Source: Nitrospirota bacterium
GTDB taxonomy: Bacteria > Nitrospirota > Thermodesulfovibrionia > Thermodesulfovibrionales > SM23-35
NCBI GenBank assembly: GCA_040757455.1
Contig: JBFLXE010000002.1
Span: 1 to 45,280, forward strand
DNA length: 45,280 nt
Direction of reading: 5' to 3'
Both the position numbers and the translations under genes were made by a program. The stretch's first letter is position 1; each line of letters opens with the position of its first letter. The notes beneath the pieces are model-generated. The model ran no database searches. It worked only from the letters and a program-made list of their open reading frames with translations, and had not been told where the DNA came from. Shown one piece after another: positions 17,037-26,483 of the stretch.

Positions 17037-18582
17037 CCTCTTCCATTGCTTCTTTCTGCCTGTTTTTCGTTAATGCATCTTCCTTTGAACTCTCTATCTC
17101 CATCTTTATGTTAAAACGGTCTGCGTTCATCCTTGTATCTCTGAAAGTCGGAGAGGCGAACTCTGCCTTGTTGAAGTGAGGCGATGCCTCGAGTTTGGGA
17201 AGAAGGCCGGTAGCTGACGCAGAATAGCCTTCGAGGTTTACCGTGTTTTCGGAAATTCGCACTCTCGTAAGCCAGGCATTTTTTGGCAGAATAGCTGTAA
17301 GTTCCTTCAGAACATCCAGGGCCATCGGCCCGCTGCCTTTGAAACTATTTATGGTACCGATATCACTGCTAATCTCTTCAATCTCCTTCTTAATCGCCTC
17401 AACCTTTTTTACTTCATCCTTTCTCAGCGCGATCTGATTTTCTATCTCCTTCAATCTTCTTTCTTCTATCCTTAAAGGGGCAATTAGGTACATGACCCAC
17501 AGGGCCAGAATAGCAAGCAAAAGAATTGCGGTCAGGGTCCTGGGATGCTTTGTTTTCTCATGACGACCCTTTGCGAGGAGATTAAAAGCAGTACTCTTGG
17601 GCCATAAGGATTCTATGACTGCTCCGATTGATGCAAGAGGAGCCTCGTTTACAGGTCCCGGTAAATTTATCTTGACTTCAGTCTCATCAAGAGCTTTAAC
17701 AGGCAGGTCCGTATGCCGCAGCGCCTCTTTCAAGGCGGGGCTATCATTTCTCAGAAGCGCCAGGATCTGGGCCGGCCTGCCCTTGCTTTTCAGTTTTTCA
17801 ATAAAGGAAGAAATTTCTGCCATAATTGTGCCGATTTTCGCTTCCTCTTCGCTCGCGGTGAAACTGCCCGAAAAAGAGTCTCTGATCGAGCCGTCAATGA
17901 ATAATCCTCCTTCATATCCATCATCTTTGACCTCTATAAATAGAGATTCAGTTTTTATACCTATAAAGCGGCAGAGCGTTTCGATAGCGGATAGATTGAT
18001 AGTCACCCTATTCACATTAATTCCGTGGTCCTTCAAAGAATCCAGGTACGGCTTTACGAATTCAGCCTTCGCCGCCACAATCAGAATCTCTATCTTATCT
18101 TTATCCTCACGCAGTATCTTATAATCATAAAGTGCCTCTTCCGGCGTGAAAGGGGTGATCCTGTCCAGCTCGAAAGAAATGACATCGGATAGGTTCTCTT
18201 TAACGGCAATCGGAAACTCAACCGTCTTGATAACAGCCCATGCTTTCGGGATACTGACTGACACCTCTGCTTTTGTCGCGTCGAGTTGGTTAATGGCCAA
18301 CGGTAACGAATAAGCGAGTACTTCAGGTTGTGGAAACTTTCCCTCCTCCAGCGGATAGGACCTGAAACTCTTGATCTTGATCTTCGATAGGAATCTTGAC
18401 CCGTAAGCAATAGAAAACCCGCCTTTTTCAAGAGACACCGATAAATTCCTCCCGGGATAGATACTATCAGCAGCGGGACTAAAGGTGAGTATCCTCCGTA
18501 ACGGCTCCCATATCCTGTTCAGGACATCCGAGGAGACAGAGGCAAAGTCTGTTAACTTCTTTATAATGGTTGTTCCATTCAC
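17023..18582 (-). CDS. GspL-like protein (PilM actin-like cytoplasmic domain fused to a PilN-like TM/periplasmic domain)
   Basis: 519 aa. The cytoplasmic half resembles PilM/GspL. A single TM helix (LTAILLLAILALWVMYLIAPL) is followed by a coiled coil and a PilN-like domain. GTG start 18582 overlaps the gspK stop (GTGA). Confidence 0.65.
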   Translation of the reverse strand: MNGTTIIKKLTDFASVSSDVLNRIWEPLRRILTFSPAADSIYPGRNLSVSLEKGGFSIAYGSRFLSKIKIKSFRSYPLEEGKFPQPEVLAYSLPLAINQLDATKAEVSVSIPKAWAVIKTVEFPIAVKENLSDVISFELDRITPFTPEEALYDYKILREDKDKIEILIVAAKAEFVKPYLDSLKDHGINVNRVTINLSAIETLCRFIGIKTESLFIEVKDDGYEGGLFIDGSIRDSFSGSFTASEEEAKIGTIMAEISSFIEKLKSKGRPAQILALLRNDSPALKEALRHTDLPVKALDETEVKINLPGPVNEAPLASIGAVIESLWPKSTAFNLLAKGRHEKTKHPRTLTAILLLAILALWVMYLIAPLRIEERRLKEIENQIALRKDEVKKVEAIKKEIEEISSDIGTINSFKGSGPMALDVLKELTAILPKNAWLTRVRISENTVNLEGYSASATGLLPKLEASPHFNKAEFASPTFRDTRMNADRFNIKMEIESSKEDALTKNRQKEAMEEDEEE

Positions 18583-19589
18583 TGGCTTATACGCGCAGGG
18601 CTTTTGTAGTAAACATATTTAATTTCGTCACCTGAAATAGAGATTGTAGCCCTTATTCCGTAACCTCCCTTCTCCTCGCTCTTCTTACCAACAGAGTCAA
18701 TCGTGAATGTGTTGGTTCCCGAAATTGAAATATATGGATTTTCGCCGATAAATTCCTGTATTTCCTGCAAATTGGGTATTTCTTTGTTCTGTCTGTAATT
18801 GATTATCCAGTCGGCAGTTTCCTCCGTAACACCCGGAATTGCCGTCAAAACTTCCCTCGGAGCTGCGTTGATATTAATCTTGTCAGTTTTTGAGTTAACA
18901 GTCAAAAAATCTATGATGCCTCTCTTTTCCCGGCTTCCGTAAAGGATCTCTGCCGTTACGCCTTTTACAAGAATAAGCTCTTCCAGTGTGTCGAAATCTG
19001 CATTCTTCGCCTCATATGGATTAGGCAGAGACATATAATAGTCACTCTCGGCACCGTGTAGTCTGTATAGATCGTCCGGATCTCTCCAGTCCATTATCGA
19101 ATCAACCACGGTATCGGCAACTTCCGCCTCAATACCATGATTAACAAGCAGATTTTTTAATACTACATCAGATACTGTATTGATGTCCAGCTTGCCGGAT
19201 TCATCCAGAATTTTTACTATGTAGAAACTATCACCGATCTGTCCTTTATATGAAGTGCCATCTATTTTCCAGACCTCTGTCCCCTCGATCAGGACAGTCT
19301 GATTCTTGAAAATGTTCCGATAGAAGAGTTCTGTCAATCCTCTCTCTATTCCCGCCTCTGCCAGAAATTTCTCTTCTATTCCCTCCTTGAAGGAGATCGT
19401 GGAATGTGTTTCGGTGCCGGCCATAAACGAAAATGAAAGTGCAATGCCCATCAAAATCGTCAATACCCAGAGAACCATAAGTAGCGCAACGCCCTGCTCT
19501 GACCGGTCAATATTCCTGTAAAGCATGAATTGTCTGATATCCAATTCTATTCTCTTATTCGACCTCTTCAAAGGACTCTGTTCCGCCAA
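18579..19589 (-). CDS. gspK: Type II secretion minor pseudopilin GspK-like
   Basis: GVALLMVLWVLTILMGIAL N-terminal helix without a G|F cleavage site. GKLDINT and KININAAPREVLTAIPGVTEETADWIINYR helix-hairpin-helix motifs. An alternative start at 19526 would remove the overlap with gspJ. Confidence 0.8.
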   Translation of the reverse strand: MAEQSPLKRSNKRIELDIRQFMLYRNIDRSEQGVALLMVLWVLTILMGIALSFSFMAGTETHSTISFKEGIEEKFLAEAGIERGLTELFYRNIFKNQTVLIEGTEVWKIDGTSYKGQIGDSFYIVKILDESGKLDINTVSDVVLKNLLVNHGIEAEVADTVVDSIMDWRDPDDLYRLHGAESDYYMSLPNPYEAKNADFDTLEELILVKGVTAEILYGSREKRGIIDFLTVNSKTDKININAAPREVLTAIPGVTEETADWIINYRQNKEIPNLQEIQEFIGENPYISISGTNTFTIDSVGKKSEEKGGYGIRATISISGDEIKYVYYKSPARISQ

Positions 19590-20229
19590 AAAGCGGAAGC
19601 ATTCCGCCTACCCTTACGGGTATGATCAGAGCGAGATCTTTTGTCCCTTCGATAAGGTGCAACTTCACTTTTTCGGGTATTCCGTTCAAACTCCACTGTT
19701 CTGTCCATTGACCTACCTCTTCCACCGGATCCTCGTAGAAATACTCGAAATATATCCTATCGAAAGTATCGAACAGCTTTGCATCTCTTCTGCCCTCCAG
19801 ACCAACCGTGGTTTCTGAGACATACAGGACCTGTCTGCCGTCCTCTCCTGCCTCGATCTTATATGAGACAAAGGAATAGCCTTTTTTCCCGCCCCAAACA
19901 GAATAATTCGTTGCCAATTCCATAAAATCAGGTCCGCCTCTGAAATAGTATTTCTTTTCACCCTCTTCCACATAGGAAAGGGGAATTTGTGACTGAATCT
20001 GGGAATCAATTACATGGATTGATGAACGGATTCGCTCAAGTGATTCCACTTTTTTCTCACTCGAGATTACAGAACGCGAACTGAGTCTTAAGGCACCACT
20101 GATTATCAACACGATAAATCCGATCATTGTAATGGATATGGTAAGCTCAAGCAGTGTAAAGCCATCTGACTTCTCAGGACGTAGTTTTGTCAACTCGTCT
20201 CTTTTGTTTGAAATGAATCCTTCTAACAC
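19555..20229 (-). CDS. gspJ: Minor pseudopilin GspJ-like
   Basis: Prepilin motif EKSDG|FTLLELTISITMIGFIVLII. Size and position between the I-like and K-like genes fit GspJ. Confidence 0.7.
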   Translation of the reverse strand: MLEGFISNKRDELTKLRPEKSDGFTLLELTISITMIGFIVLIISGALRLSSRSVISSEKKVESLERIRSSIHVIDSQIQSQIPLSYVEEGEKKYYFRGGPDFMELATNYSVWGGKKGYSFVSYKIEAGEDGRQVLYVSETTVGLEGRRDAKLFDTFDRIYFEYFYEDPVEEVGQWTEQWSLNGIPEKVKLHLIEGTKDLALIIPVRVGGMLPLFGGTESFEEVE

Positions 20230-20230
20230 T

Positions 20231-20665
20231 CTACACTTCTCTTTTCCCCATTTTCAGTGTTTTTAATGTCAGTGATCTTTCTTTTCCACCTTGCACCCAG
20301 TGGACTGTCAGGTATATCTCCAGAAGTCTCACAGGAAGACTCTCTGTTCGTTCGGCGAGAACCTCGGAGACGGACATATCCATTCTATAGCCATCATAGG
20401 TCGTCTCGGTATATGCGCCCTCGGCAAGGGTATCTTCATCCAGTATCTCCCGCATTTTCATCTCTGCCCTCATGGCCGCCGTCACATATTCGCCCGACGC
20501 ACCTATAGTTCGCAGATTCGCAGAGAAAAGCTGAAGCACGACGGTTACAGCTATCCCCAATACTGCTATTGCCAGGAGAACCTCAAGAAGGGTGAAGCCC
20601 TGGCTCTCGACTCCTGGGCGAGAATTGGTGTTCCCCGGGTGTCTGAAAACAAAGTTATGTTGCAT
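20231..20665 (-). CDS. gspI: Minor pseudopilin GspI-like
   Basis: Prepilin motif VESQG|FTLLEVLLAIAVLGIAV. I place the start at ATG 20665 (M40 of the track ORF), which removes the overlap with the upstream gene. Confidence 0.7.
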   Translation of the reverse strand: MQHNFVFRHPGNTNSRPGVESQGFTLLEVLLAIAVLGIAVTVVLQLFSANLRTIGASGEYVTAAMRAEMKMREILDEDTLAEGAYTETTYDGYRMDMSVSEVLAERTESLPVRLLEIYLTVHWVQGGKERSLTLKTLKMGKREV

Positions 20666-20715
20666 TTGCACAAATCTATTGAAAAGTAATTGAAGTATTC
20701 TGTTTCCGACTAATT

Positions 20716-21153
20716 TTATTTTATCACTAATGATCCTACGACAGGGTCTAACTGGATGCTGGCCGTCCTTTTTTGATCCCAAAGGACTATGGTACCTCCC
20801 TCAAATCCGATTTCATAGAAAATAAACTGATAACTGCCTTCATTAATCTCACCCGAAAGAGGATCCACTATTTTGACCTGGATGCCTGGTGGAATATCTT
20901 TGGGCTTTCTACCTTCAATTCCGTATTCCTTTGAGTCAATGTTTACCGTAAAGACCTGGCTTTCACCATGAATCCTGGCAAGGGACCTCGCCTGTCTCAC
21001 CATTGTCGAGATGTCCCTCACCGTAGCCTTAAACCTATTTGAAGGAAGAAAATTAGCAAAGAATATTAGAGACAGACTGAGAATTAAAGTAATGAGAAAG
21101 AGGACTATTATCAGTTCAAGAAGTGTAAAGCCATTGTTTTTCTTTTGATGCAT
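20716..21153 (-). CDS. gspH: Minor pseudopilin GspH/FimT-like
   Basis: Prepilin motif MHQKKNNG|FTLLELIIVLFLI, then RFKATVRDISTMVRQARSLARIHG as in GspH. I place the start at ATG 21153. The 40 upstream codons of the track ORF are a translation of tandem DNA repeats. Confidence 0.7.
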   Translation of the reverse strand: MHQKKNNGFTLLELIIVLFLITLILSLSLIFFANFLPSNRFKATVRDISTMVRQARSLARIHGESQVFTVNIDSKEYGIEGRKPKDIPPGIQVKIVDPLSGEINEGSYQFIFYEIGFEGGTIVLWDQKRTASIQLDPVVGSLVIK

Positions 21154-21276
21154 GATGCATGATGCACGACGCACGATATATGATTTTTTCTGGTTTTTTG
21201 CATCCCGTATGTTGCATCTTGTATCCTGCATCTTGGATCGTGTATCCCGTATCCTGCATCTTGTATCTGGCATCTG
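21148..21276. repeat. Tandem repeat block: 4 x 7 nt (21148-21177) and 6 x 14 nt (21193-21276) between gspF and gspH
   Basis: Plus strand tgcatga tgcatga tgcacga cgcacga. Then the 14-mers gttttttgcatccc / gtatgttgcatctt / gtatcctgcatctt / ggatcgtgtatccc / gtatcctgcatctt / gtatctggcatctg. The third and fifth units are identical. Confidence 0.85.
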
Positions 21277-21279
21277 TAT

Positions 21280-22473
21280 TTAGAAAGGCAATTCCGTGAT
21301 GCTGAAAATAGCTATGAGCATCGAGATCACGATAAAACCTATGATCAGTCCCATGGTGAGGATCATTACAGGCTCAAGAAGATTCACGAATCTTTTTATT
21401 GCCACATTCAAGCTCTTCTCAAATGTTGTTGCAACTCTCAGGAGCATATTGTCAAGCTGACCCGTCTCTTCTCCGACCTTTATCATGGACAGGGCAAGCG
21501 GTGGAAAGACATTGGTATCGGACAGAGGAATAGCAATTCCTTTTCCTTCCTTAACCCCGGCGGATACCCTGTCGATTGCCGAAGCAATGACCCGGTTGTT
21601 CAAGACGTCTCTCGAATTATTCAAAGCTTGTAAAAGGGGAACCCCGCTCTTGAGGAGGGTTCCCAGCGTTCGACAGAATCTCGCAGTCTCGAGTTTCCTT
21701 ATAACGTCTCCCATCATTTTGAGCCTGAAAGCGTCCCATTTGTATCTGCCGGCTTCCGATTTTATGTATTTCCTGAAGATAATCCATCCTGCTATCGCCA
21801 CAGCAGCAATGATCCACCAGTAGACTCTGAGAGAATTGCTAATAGTTAGTAAAATCTGTGTGGGCAGAGGCAATGAGCCCCCGAGTTCATCAAATATTGT
21901 TGAAAATTTGGGCAGCACATATGTCAAGAGGACGATTATTGATACCCCGCCCGTCAACATCAGAATAACAGGATAGATCATGACCGAGAAGATATGATCC
22001 CTTAATTCTTTTGTTGACTCAAGGAATTCCGTCAGTTTCTCAAGGACTACATTGAGCACGCCGCCGGCTTCGCCCGCTCTCACCATGTTCACATACAGCC
22101 GCGGAAACATTTTAGGATGTTTTTGCAAGGCATCAGAAAACGAGCTACCTTCCCGTATGGCCTTGAGGATAGATTGAACTATGTTTTTCGTTTCTTTACT
22201 TTCTGATATACCTGCAAGAATGTTGAGACTTCTGTCCAGAGGCAGGCCGGCACCAAGAAGTGCAGAAAGTTCGGTTGTGAAAGTGAGGAGGTCACCCCGA
22301 GCCGACCTCAGCGTGATCTTTCTTGCGAGGCCCTCTTTTGGCGCTGATATTCTTAAAGGAATATACCCTGTGTTCTTCAACTTATCGACCGCGGCCCTCT
22401 CGTCGGCCGCTTCTATAACACCTTCAAGAATTGCTCCCTCAAATGTTGTAGCTCTATAAGTAAAGACAGGCAT
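21280..22473 (-). CDS. gspF: Type II secretion / type IV pilus platform protein GspF/PilC
   Basis: 397 aa with two repeated T2SSF domains, three TM segments, and a typical C-terminus ...LIIGFIVISMLIAIFSI. It lies immediately downstream of gspE. Confidence 0.9.
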   Translation of the reverse strand: MPVFTYRATTFEGAILEGVIEAADERAAVDKLKNTGYIPLRISAPKEGLARKITLRSARGDLLTFTTELSALLGAGLPLDRSLNILAGISESKETKNIVQSILKAIREGSSFSDALQKHPKMFPRLYVNMVRAGEAGGVLNVVLEKLTEFLESTKELRDHIFSVMIYPVILMLTGGVSIIVLLTYVLPKFSTIFDELGGSLPLPTQILLTISNSLRVYWWIIAAVAIAGWIIFRKYIKSEAGRYKWDAFRLKMMGDVIRKLETARFCRTLGTLLKSGVPLLQALNNSRDVLNNRVIASAIDRVSAGVKEGKGIAIPLSDTNVFPPLALSMIKVGEETGQLDNMLLRVATTFEKSLNVAIKRFVNLLEPVMILTMGLIIGFIVISMLIAIFSITELPF

Positions 22474-23997
22474 TTAAGCCTCCTGGGTAACCCTCAGCAC
22501 CTCATAAAGAGTCGTTGCGCCTTTCTTTATCTTTTCAGCTCCGTCTTCAAAAAGTGTTCTCATGCCGTGCTGCTTTGCCATTTCTCTTATCTGATTCGAA
22601 TCAGCATTTTTCAATATGAGTTTCCGTACTTCATCATCAACAATAAGCAACTCGAAAATGCCCGTTCTGCCGTAATACCCTGTAAATGCGCAGCGCTCAC
22701 ATCCTTTGCCGCGATAAAACAATACATTGCTTTTGATGCCGATCAGTCTCAGCTCTTCCCGGTCTGCGGTTGTGGGATCGATTTCCTTACACGAGGGACA
22801 AATGACCCTCACGAGCCTCTGCGCCAGAATCCCCCTTATGGTCGATGAAAGGAGAAAGTTCTCAACACCCATATCAAGAAGCCTCGTTATCGCACTTGGG
22901 GCGTCATTCGTGTGCAAGGTCGAAAAGACAAGATGGCCAGTGAGTGCCGATTGAATTGCTATCTCTGCCGTTTCGAGGTCTCGTATCTCACCGATCATTA
23001 TAATATCCGGATCCTGCCTGACAATATGGCGTAACGTATTCGCGAAATTTAATCCTATCTGAGGCTTCACCTGTATCTGGTTGATACCTTTGAGCTGATA
23101 TTCAACAGGATCTTCAACGGTTATTATTTTTTTGTCAGGGGAATTGATTTTGTCCAGCGCTCCATAAAGTGTAGTTGTCTTTCCGCTCCCCGTTGGGCCC
23201 GTTACGAGAATAATTCCGTTTGGCTTTTTTATCAACTGATCAAAGGCGTGATGGGTGTGAGGATCGAATCCCAGAAGATTAAGATCTATTACTATTCCCT
23301 CTTTGTGCAGAATTCTCATCACCACACTTTCGCCGTAAAGAACAGGTATAGTCGAGACTCTAAGGTCTATCTCCCGTTCACCAACTTTGAGTCTTATCCG
23401 TCCATCCTGCGGCAGTCTCCGTTCAGCGATGTTAAGTTTAGACATAATTTTAATCCTCGATACAATCGCCGGCTGAAGTCTTTTTGGTGTCGATTCAATA
23501 TCATGCAATACGCCATCAATGCGGTACCTCACTTTTAGTTCGTCTTCGAACGGCTCTATGTGGATATCACTTGCCCTGCTTTCGATCGCCCTCGTTATGA
23601 TCATGTTGACCAGCTTGATGATAGGAGCCTCGGAAGCAAGGTCTTTCAAGTGCCCTATGTCTTCTTCTTCCTCCTTTAGAAATTCTACGCCTCTTTCCCC
23701 TATATCCTCGATAATTCTGTTTATGTTTTGTGCTTCCTGCTCATAAAATCGCGAAATGTATTCATCGACCACCTGGGCATCACAAGTATAAATCACCAGA
23801 TCAGCCGATGTCGCAACCCTGAGGGCATCAATAGTCTCACTGTCTTCCGGATTTGCCATCACCACTCTCAGGATATTGTTCTTAAGATCGAGAGGAATGA
23901 TTTTGTTCTCACGAATAAAACGGGAAGATATCCCGTTCAGGACAAAAGGCACCTTCGGAAGATCTTCCGACTTTAAGTATTCTACCCTGGTATTCAC
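22474..23997 (-). CDS. gspE: Type II secretion / type IV filament assembly ATPase GspE
   Basis: Walker A GPTGSGKTT, Asp box, Walker B IIMIGEIRD, His box, and the tetracysteine motif CPSCK...CERC. The N-terminal GspE_N-like domain is present. GTG start. Confidence 0.92.
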   Translation of the reverse strand: MNTRVEYLKSEDLPKVPFVLNGISSRFIRENKIIPLDLKNNILRVVMANPEDSETIDALRVATSADLVIYTCDAQVVDEYISRFYEQEAQNINRIIEDIGERGVEFLKEEEEDIGHLKDLASEAPIIKLVNMIITRAIESRASDIHIEPFEDELKVRYRIDGVLHDIESTPKRLQPAIVSRIKIMSKLNIAERRLPQDGRIRLKVGEREIDLRVSTIPVLYGESVVMRILHKEGIVIDLNLLGFDPHTHHAFDQLIKKPNGIILVTGPTGSGKTTTLYGALDKINSPDKKIITVEDPVEYQLKGINQIQVKPQIGLNFANTLRHIVRQDPDIIMIGEIRDLETAEIAIQSALTGHLVFSTLHTNDAPSAITRLLDMGVENFLLSSTIRGILAQRLVRVICPSCKEIDPTTADREELRLIGIKSNVLFYRGKGCERCAFTGYYGRTGIFELLIVDDEVRKLILKNADSNQIREMAKQHGMRTLFEDGAEKIKKGATTLYEVLRVTQEA

Positions 23998-24061
23998 ACT
24001 GTCCCTTTTGTTTTTTTAATATTTTAATATATAGGAGATCAAAATTGTAACCATCTCCTTT

Positions 24062-25501
24062 TTAGTACGCTCCTTGTGCCTTGAGAACCACCCTTATCGT
24101 CTTGAAGATAATAGCTATATCAAGCCATAAAGACCAGTTCATGACATACCACGCATCAAGCTTGAGCCGGTATTTATATCCTGTATCGCTTCTTCCCGAA
24201 ACCTGCCACAGTCCGGTTATTCCGGGTTTGGCGCTGCAGATGACCTGCAAATTTTCTTCGATTCCCTTCTTTTCCCGCGGAAGGTAGGGTCTCGGACCCA
24301 CAAAGCTCATTTCTCCCTTGAGTACATTGAATATCTGCGGCAGCTCGTCCAGCGATGTTCTTCTTAAAAAACGCCCAATTTTGGTTATCCTCGGATCATC
24401 TTTGAGCTTCCAGTTGTTAAGCCATTCATTCCTGATTCCATCATTCGTTTCGAGTATTTCTTTCAATTTTTCTTCAGCATCCCGGTACATTGTCCTGAAT
24501 TTGTAGCACCTGAAAGGTCTCCCGTTCTTGCCGATTCTCTCGTGGGCGTAAATAGCATGGCCGGATGATTCCAATCTGATTATTATTCCTATAATTCCAA
24601 CCATCGGAAGCAACAAGGGTAAAGATACTACGCTGGCAGCGAAATCAAAAAATTTCTTCATGTATCTGTTCGTTCTCGATTTCAGATTATTTCTTATGTT
24701 CAGCAGGAACAACTCCTCCCGGAAAAGATGGAGTAAATCGGTGTTCAAAAGCGCGATACCCTTCAGGTCTGGTATAATCATTGTGTTTGCTGCATTTTTT
24801 TGAACACTGGACGTCAGGGAGGATAATTCATGAGGCGGCAAAGAGGGTATTGCTATTATTACGGTATTAATCTTCATTTTCTTCAAAAATAAAGGAAATT
24901 TTGAAATTTTTCCCAATACCTTTCTCCCATCTATCATTTTTCCTATCTTTTGCTCGTCATCGTCGAGGAAACCTATAACATCGTATCCCATATGTTTCTC
25001 TCTTCGAAGCCCTTCTGCAACCAATCTTCCCGCATTGCCTGCTCCGAGGACAAGTATCTTCTCTTTCCATATTCCGGCTTTATAAAGAAATCTTTTTCCC
25101 CATAGACGGAAGAGGGGGAAGAAAAACACAGAAAATACCCACATGCTCAGCAGAACCAGTCTCGATATCTTGCCGCCCATTTTCCCCAAGGTTACAATAG
25201 CCATCAGGGTTATACTTGCCAGTGAGACCGCTTTAACAATGTCTCTGACTTCATCCCAGAAGGGCAGATAATTGTCGTACATTCCTTCATAGAAAATGAA
25301 AAAGATGAAGATAACCGGTATCCACCATAAAGAGATGTAGTGTAGATATGAGAAAACCGGCAGATGTGGCAGAAATAATGAAAAAACTTCTGCCCTGACG
25401 AGCCAGGCCAGAAAAAGGCAGAAATAGAAAGCGGCCAGGTCAATAAGCACAAGACAGAAAAATCGAAACAATCCCTTTATTAACTTGACTATTTCTATCA
25501 T
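24062..25501 (-). CDS. Polyprenyl-phosphate hexose-1-phosphate transferase (WbaP/EpsB-type initiating sugar transferase)
   Basis: N-terminal TM block, central Rossmann-like region (ILVLGAGNAGRLV), and a C-terminal bacterial sugar-transferase domain with DELPQIFNVLKGEMSFVGPRP. Confidence 0.88.
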   Translation of the reverse strand: MIEIVKLIKGLFRFFCLVLIDLAAFYFCLFLAWLVRAEVFSLFLPHLPVFSYLHYISLWWIPVIFIFFIFYEGMYDNYLPFWDEVRDIVKAVSLASITLMAIVTLGKMGGKISRLVLLSMWVFSVFFFPLFRLWGKRFLYKAGIWKEKILVLGAGNAGRLVAEGLRREKHMGYDVIGFLDDDEQKIGKMIDGRKVLGKISKFPLFLKKMKINTVIIAIPSLPPHELSSLTSSVQKNAANTMIIPDLKGIALLNTDLLHLFREELFLLNIRNNLKSRTNRYMKKFFDFAASVVSLPLLLPMVGIIGIIIRLESSGHAIYAHERIGKNGRPFRCYKFRTMYRDAEEKLKEILETNDGIRNEWLNNWKLKDDPRITKIGRFLRRTSLDELPQIFNVLKGEMSFVGPRPYLPREKKGIEENLQVICSAKPGITGLWQVSGRSDTGYKYRLKLDAWYVMNWSLWLDIAIIFKTIRVVLKAQGAY

Positions 25502-26349
25502 CCAGCGAATATCCCGATTCTAAATCCAAGATATTTTGCCAGGGATTCCAGGAGAATGTAAGGTATCCATTTGTACTGATGCTGTTTGATCACAAATCGC
25601 ATCTGTTCTTTGACCATTCTCATTCCTTCCGCCTCCGGATGGCGGGCATAATCAAGTATCCATCTACAATTTTTTAAAGAGGACCCAATATTAAAATATC
25701 TTTTAAATTGCCATAAAAGCGAAGACCGATGAGAATGAATTACCATTGCCTCAGGCACATATGCCACCTTGAACCCATCGATTATAAGCTTTGCTGTCAT
25801 GAGCATGTCCTCATTAGCCCTGACGCCCTCGGGAAACATCCCAACTTTTAAAAAAGGACCTCTCCTGAATGAAGAGAAAACATTGCTCAAAAAAAATGTC
25901 TTTATCCCGAACCTTTCTATCTCTCTGGCACCCTTAACACATCCTTCCTCCGGATAATTGAATTGTCTTGCGAACGTCTCAAGAGGCGAGGCGTCATTCC
26001 TCGGAATATGTCTTCCAAAGGTGGCTGCGATCACCGGGTCGACAAGCGGCGTGATTAATTTGCGAAGAGACGTCTTACCCACAGGTAGGGCATCTTGTGT
26101 CATGAAAACGAGAATATCACCCTTTGCCTTTAGTGAAGCCATATTTCTCGTTCCACCATGGTCAAAGGCCTTGCGGGGTATCACAATGACCTCTACACCG
26201 AATTTTCGGACGATCTCGACGGTTCCGTCTTCGGATGAAGAATCAACAACTATTATCTGTTTATCAATGTCCTGGTCAAGGAGAACTGAGAGAAGTTTCC
26301 CGATAGTCGAGCTCGCATTCAATGTCGGAATTATGACGCTCACACTCAT
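25498..26349 (-). CDS. Family 2 glycosyltransferase
   Basis: MSVSVIIPTLNA...IIVVDSSSEDGT...DxD-like region. Its stop overlaps the start of the sugar transferase gene by 4 nt. Confidence 0.8.
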   Translation of the reverse strand: MSVSVIIPTLNASSTIGKLLSVLLDQDIDKQIIVVDSSSEDGTVEIVRKFGVEVIVIPRKAFDHGGTRNMASLKAKGDILVFMTQDALPVGKTSLRKLITPLVDPVIAATFGRHIPRNDASPLETFARQFNYPEEGCVKGAREIERFGIKTFFLSNVFSSFRRGPFLKVGMFPEGVRANEDMLMTAKLIIDGFKVAYVPEAMVIHSHRSSLLWQFKRYFNIGSSLKNCRWILDYARHPEAEGMRMVKEQMRFVIKQHQYKWIPYILLESLAKYLGFRIGIFAG

Positions 26350-26483
26350 GGGATTTATAATTGTAGCACATGACCTGAAATGAAGTGCATTTAAACTTCT
26401 CTCCCTGCAGCAGGCTTCAGGGTATCCTAAAATCTCTCCTCCCTTCTGTTATCACAGGGTTACGTCAAAGTAAGCCTCCCTTT

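Noticed and set aside
17806-17822. The best sigma54 -24/-12 match in the window (minus strand CGGCACAATTATGGCA)
   Set aside because: It lies deep inside the gspL-like coding region, about 770 nt from the next start codon. It is most likely a chance match.
21148-21276. A CRISPR array
   Set aside because: The repeats are 7 and 14 nt long and directly abutting, with no spacers. No cas genes are present.
24034-24058. Hairpin ggagat-N13-atctcc between the sugar transferase gene and gspE, considered as an intrinsic terminator or a sigma54 promoter (TGGTTACAATTTTGAT)
   Set aside because: The stem is only 6 bp with a 13-nt loop and no T-run. The promoter-like reading has TTGA rather than TTGC at -12. 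Neither reading is convincing, so I mention it only within the secretion-operon finding.
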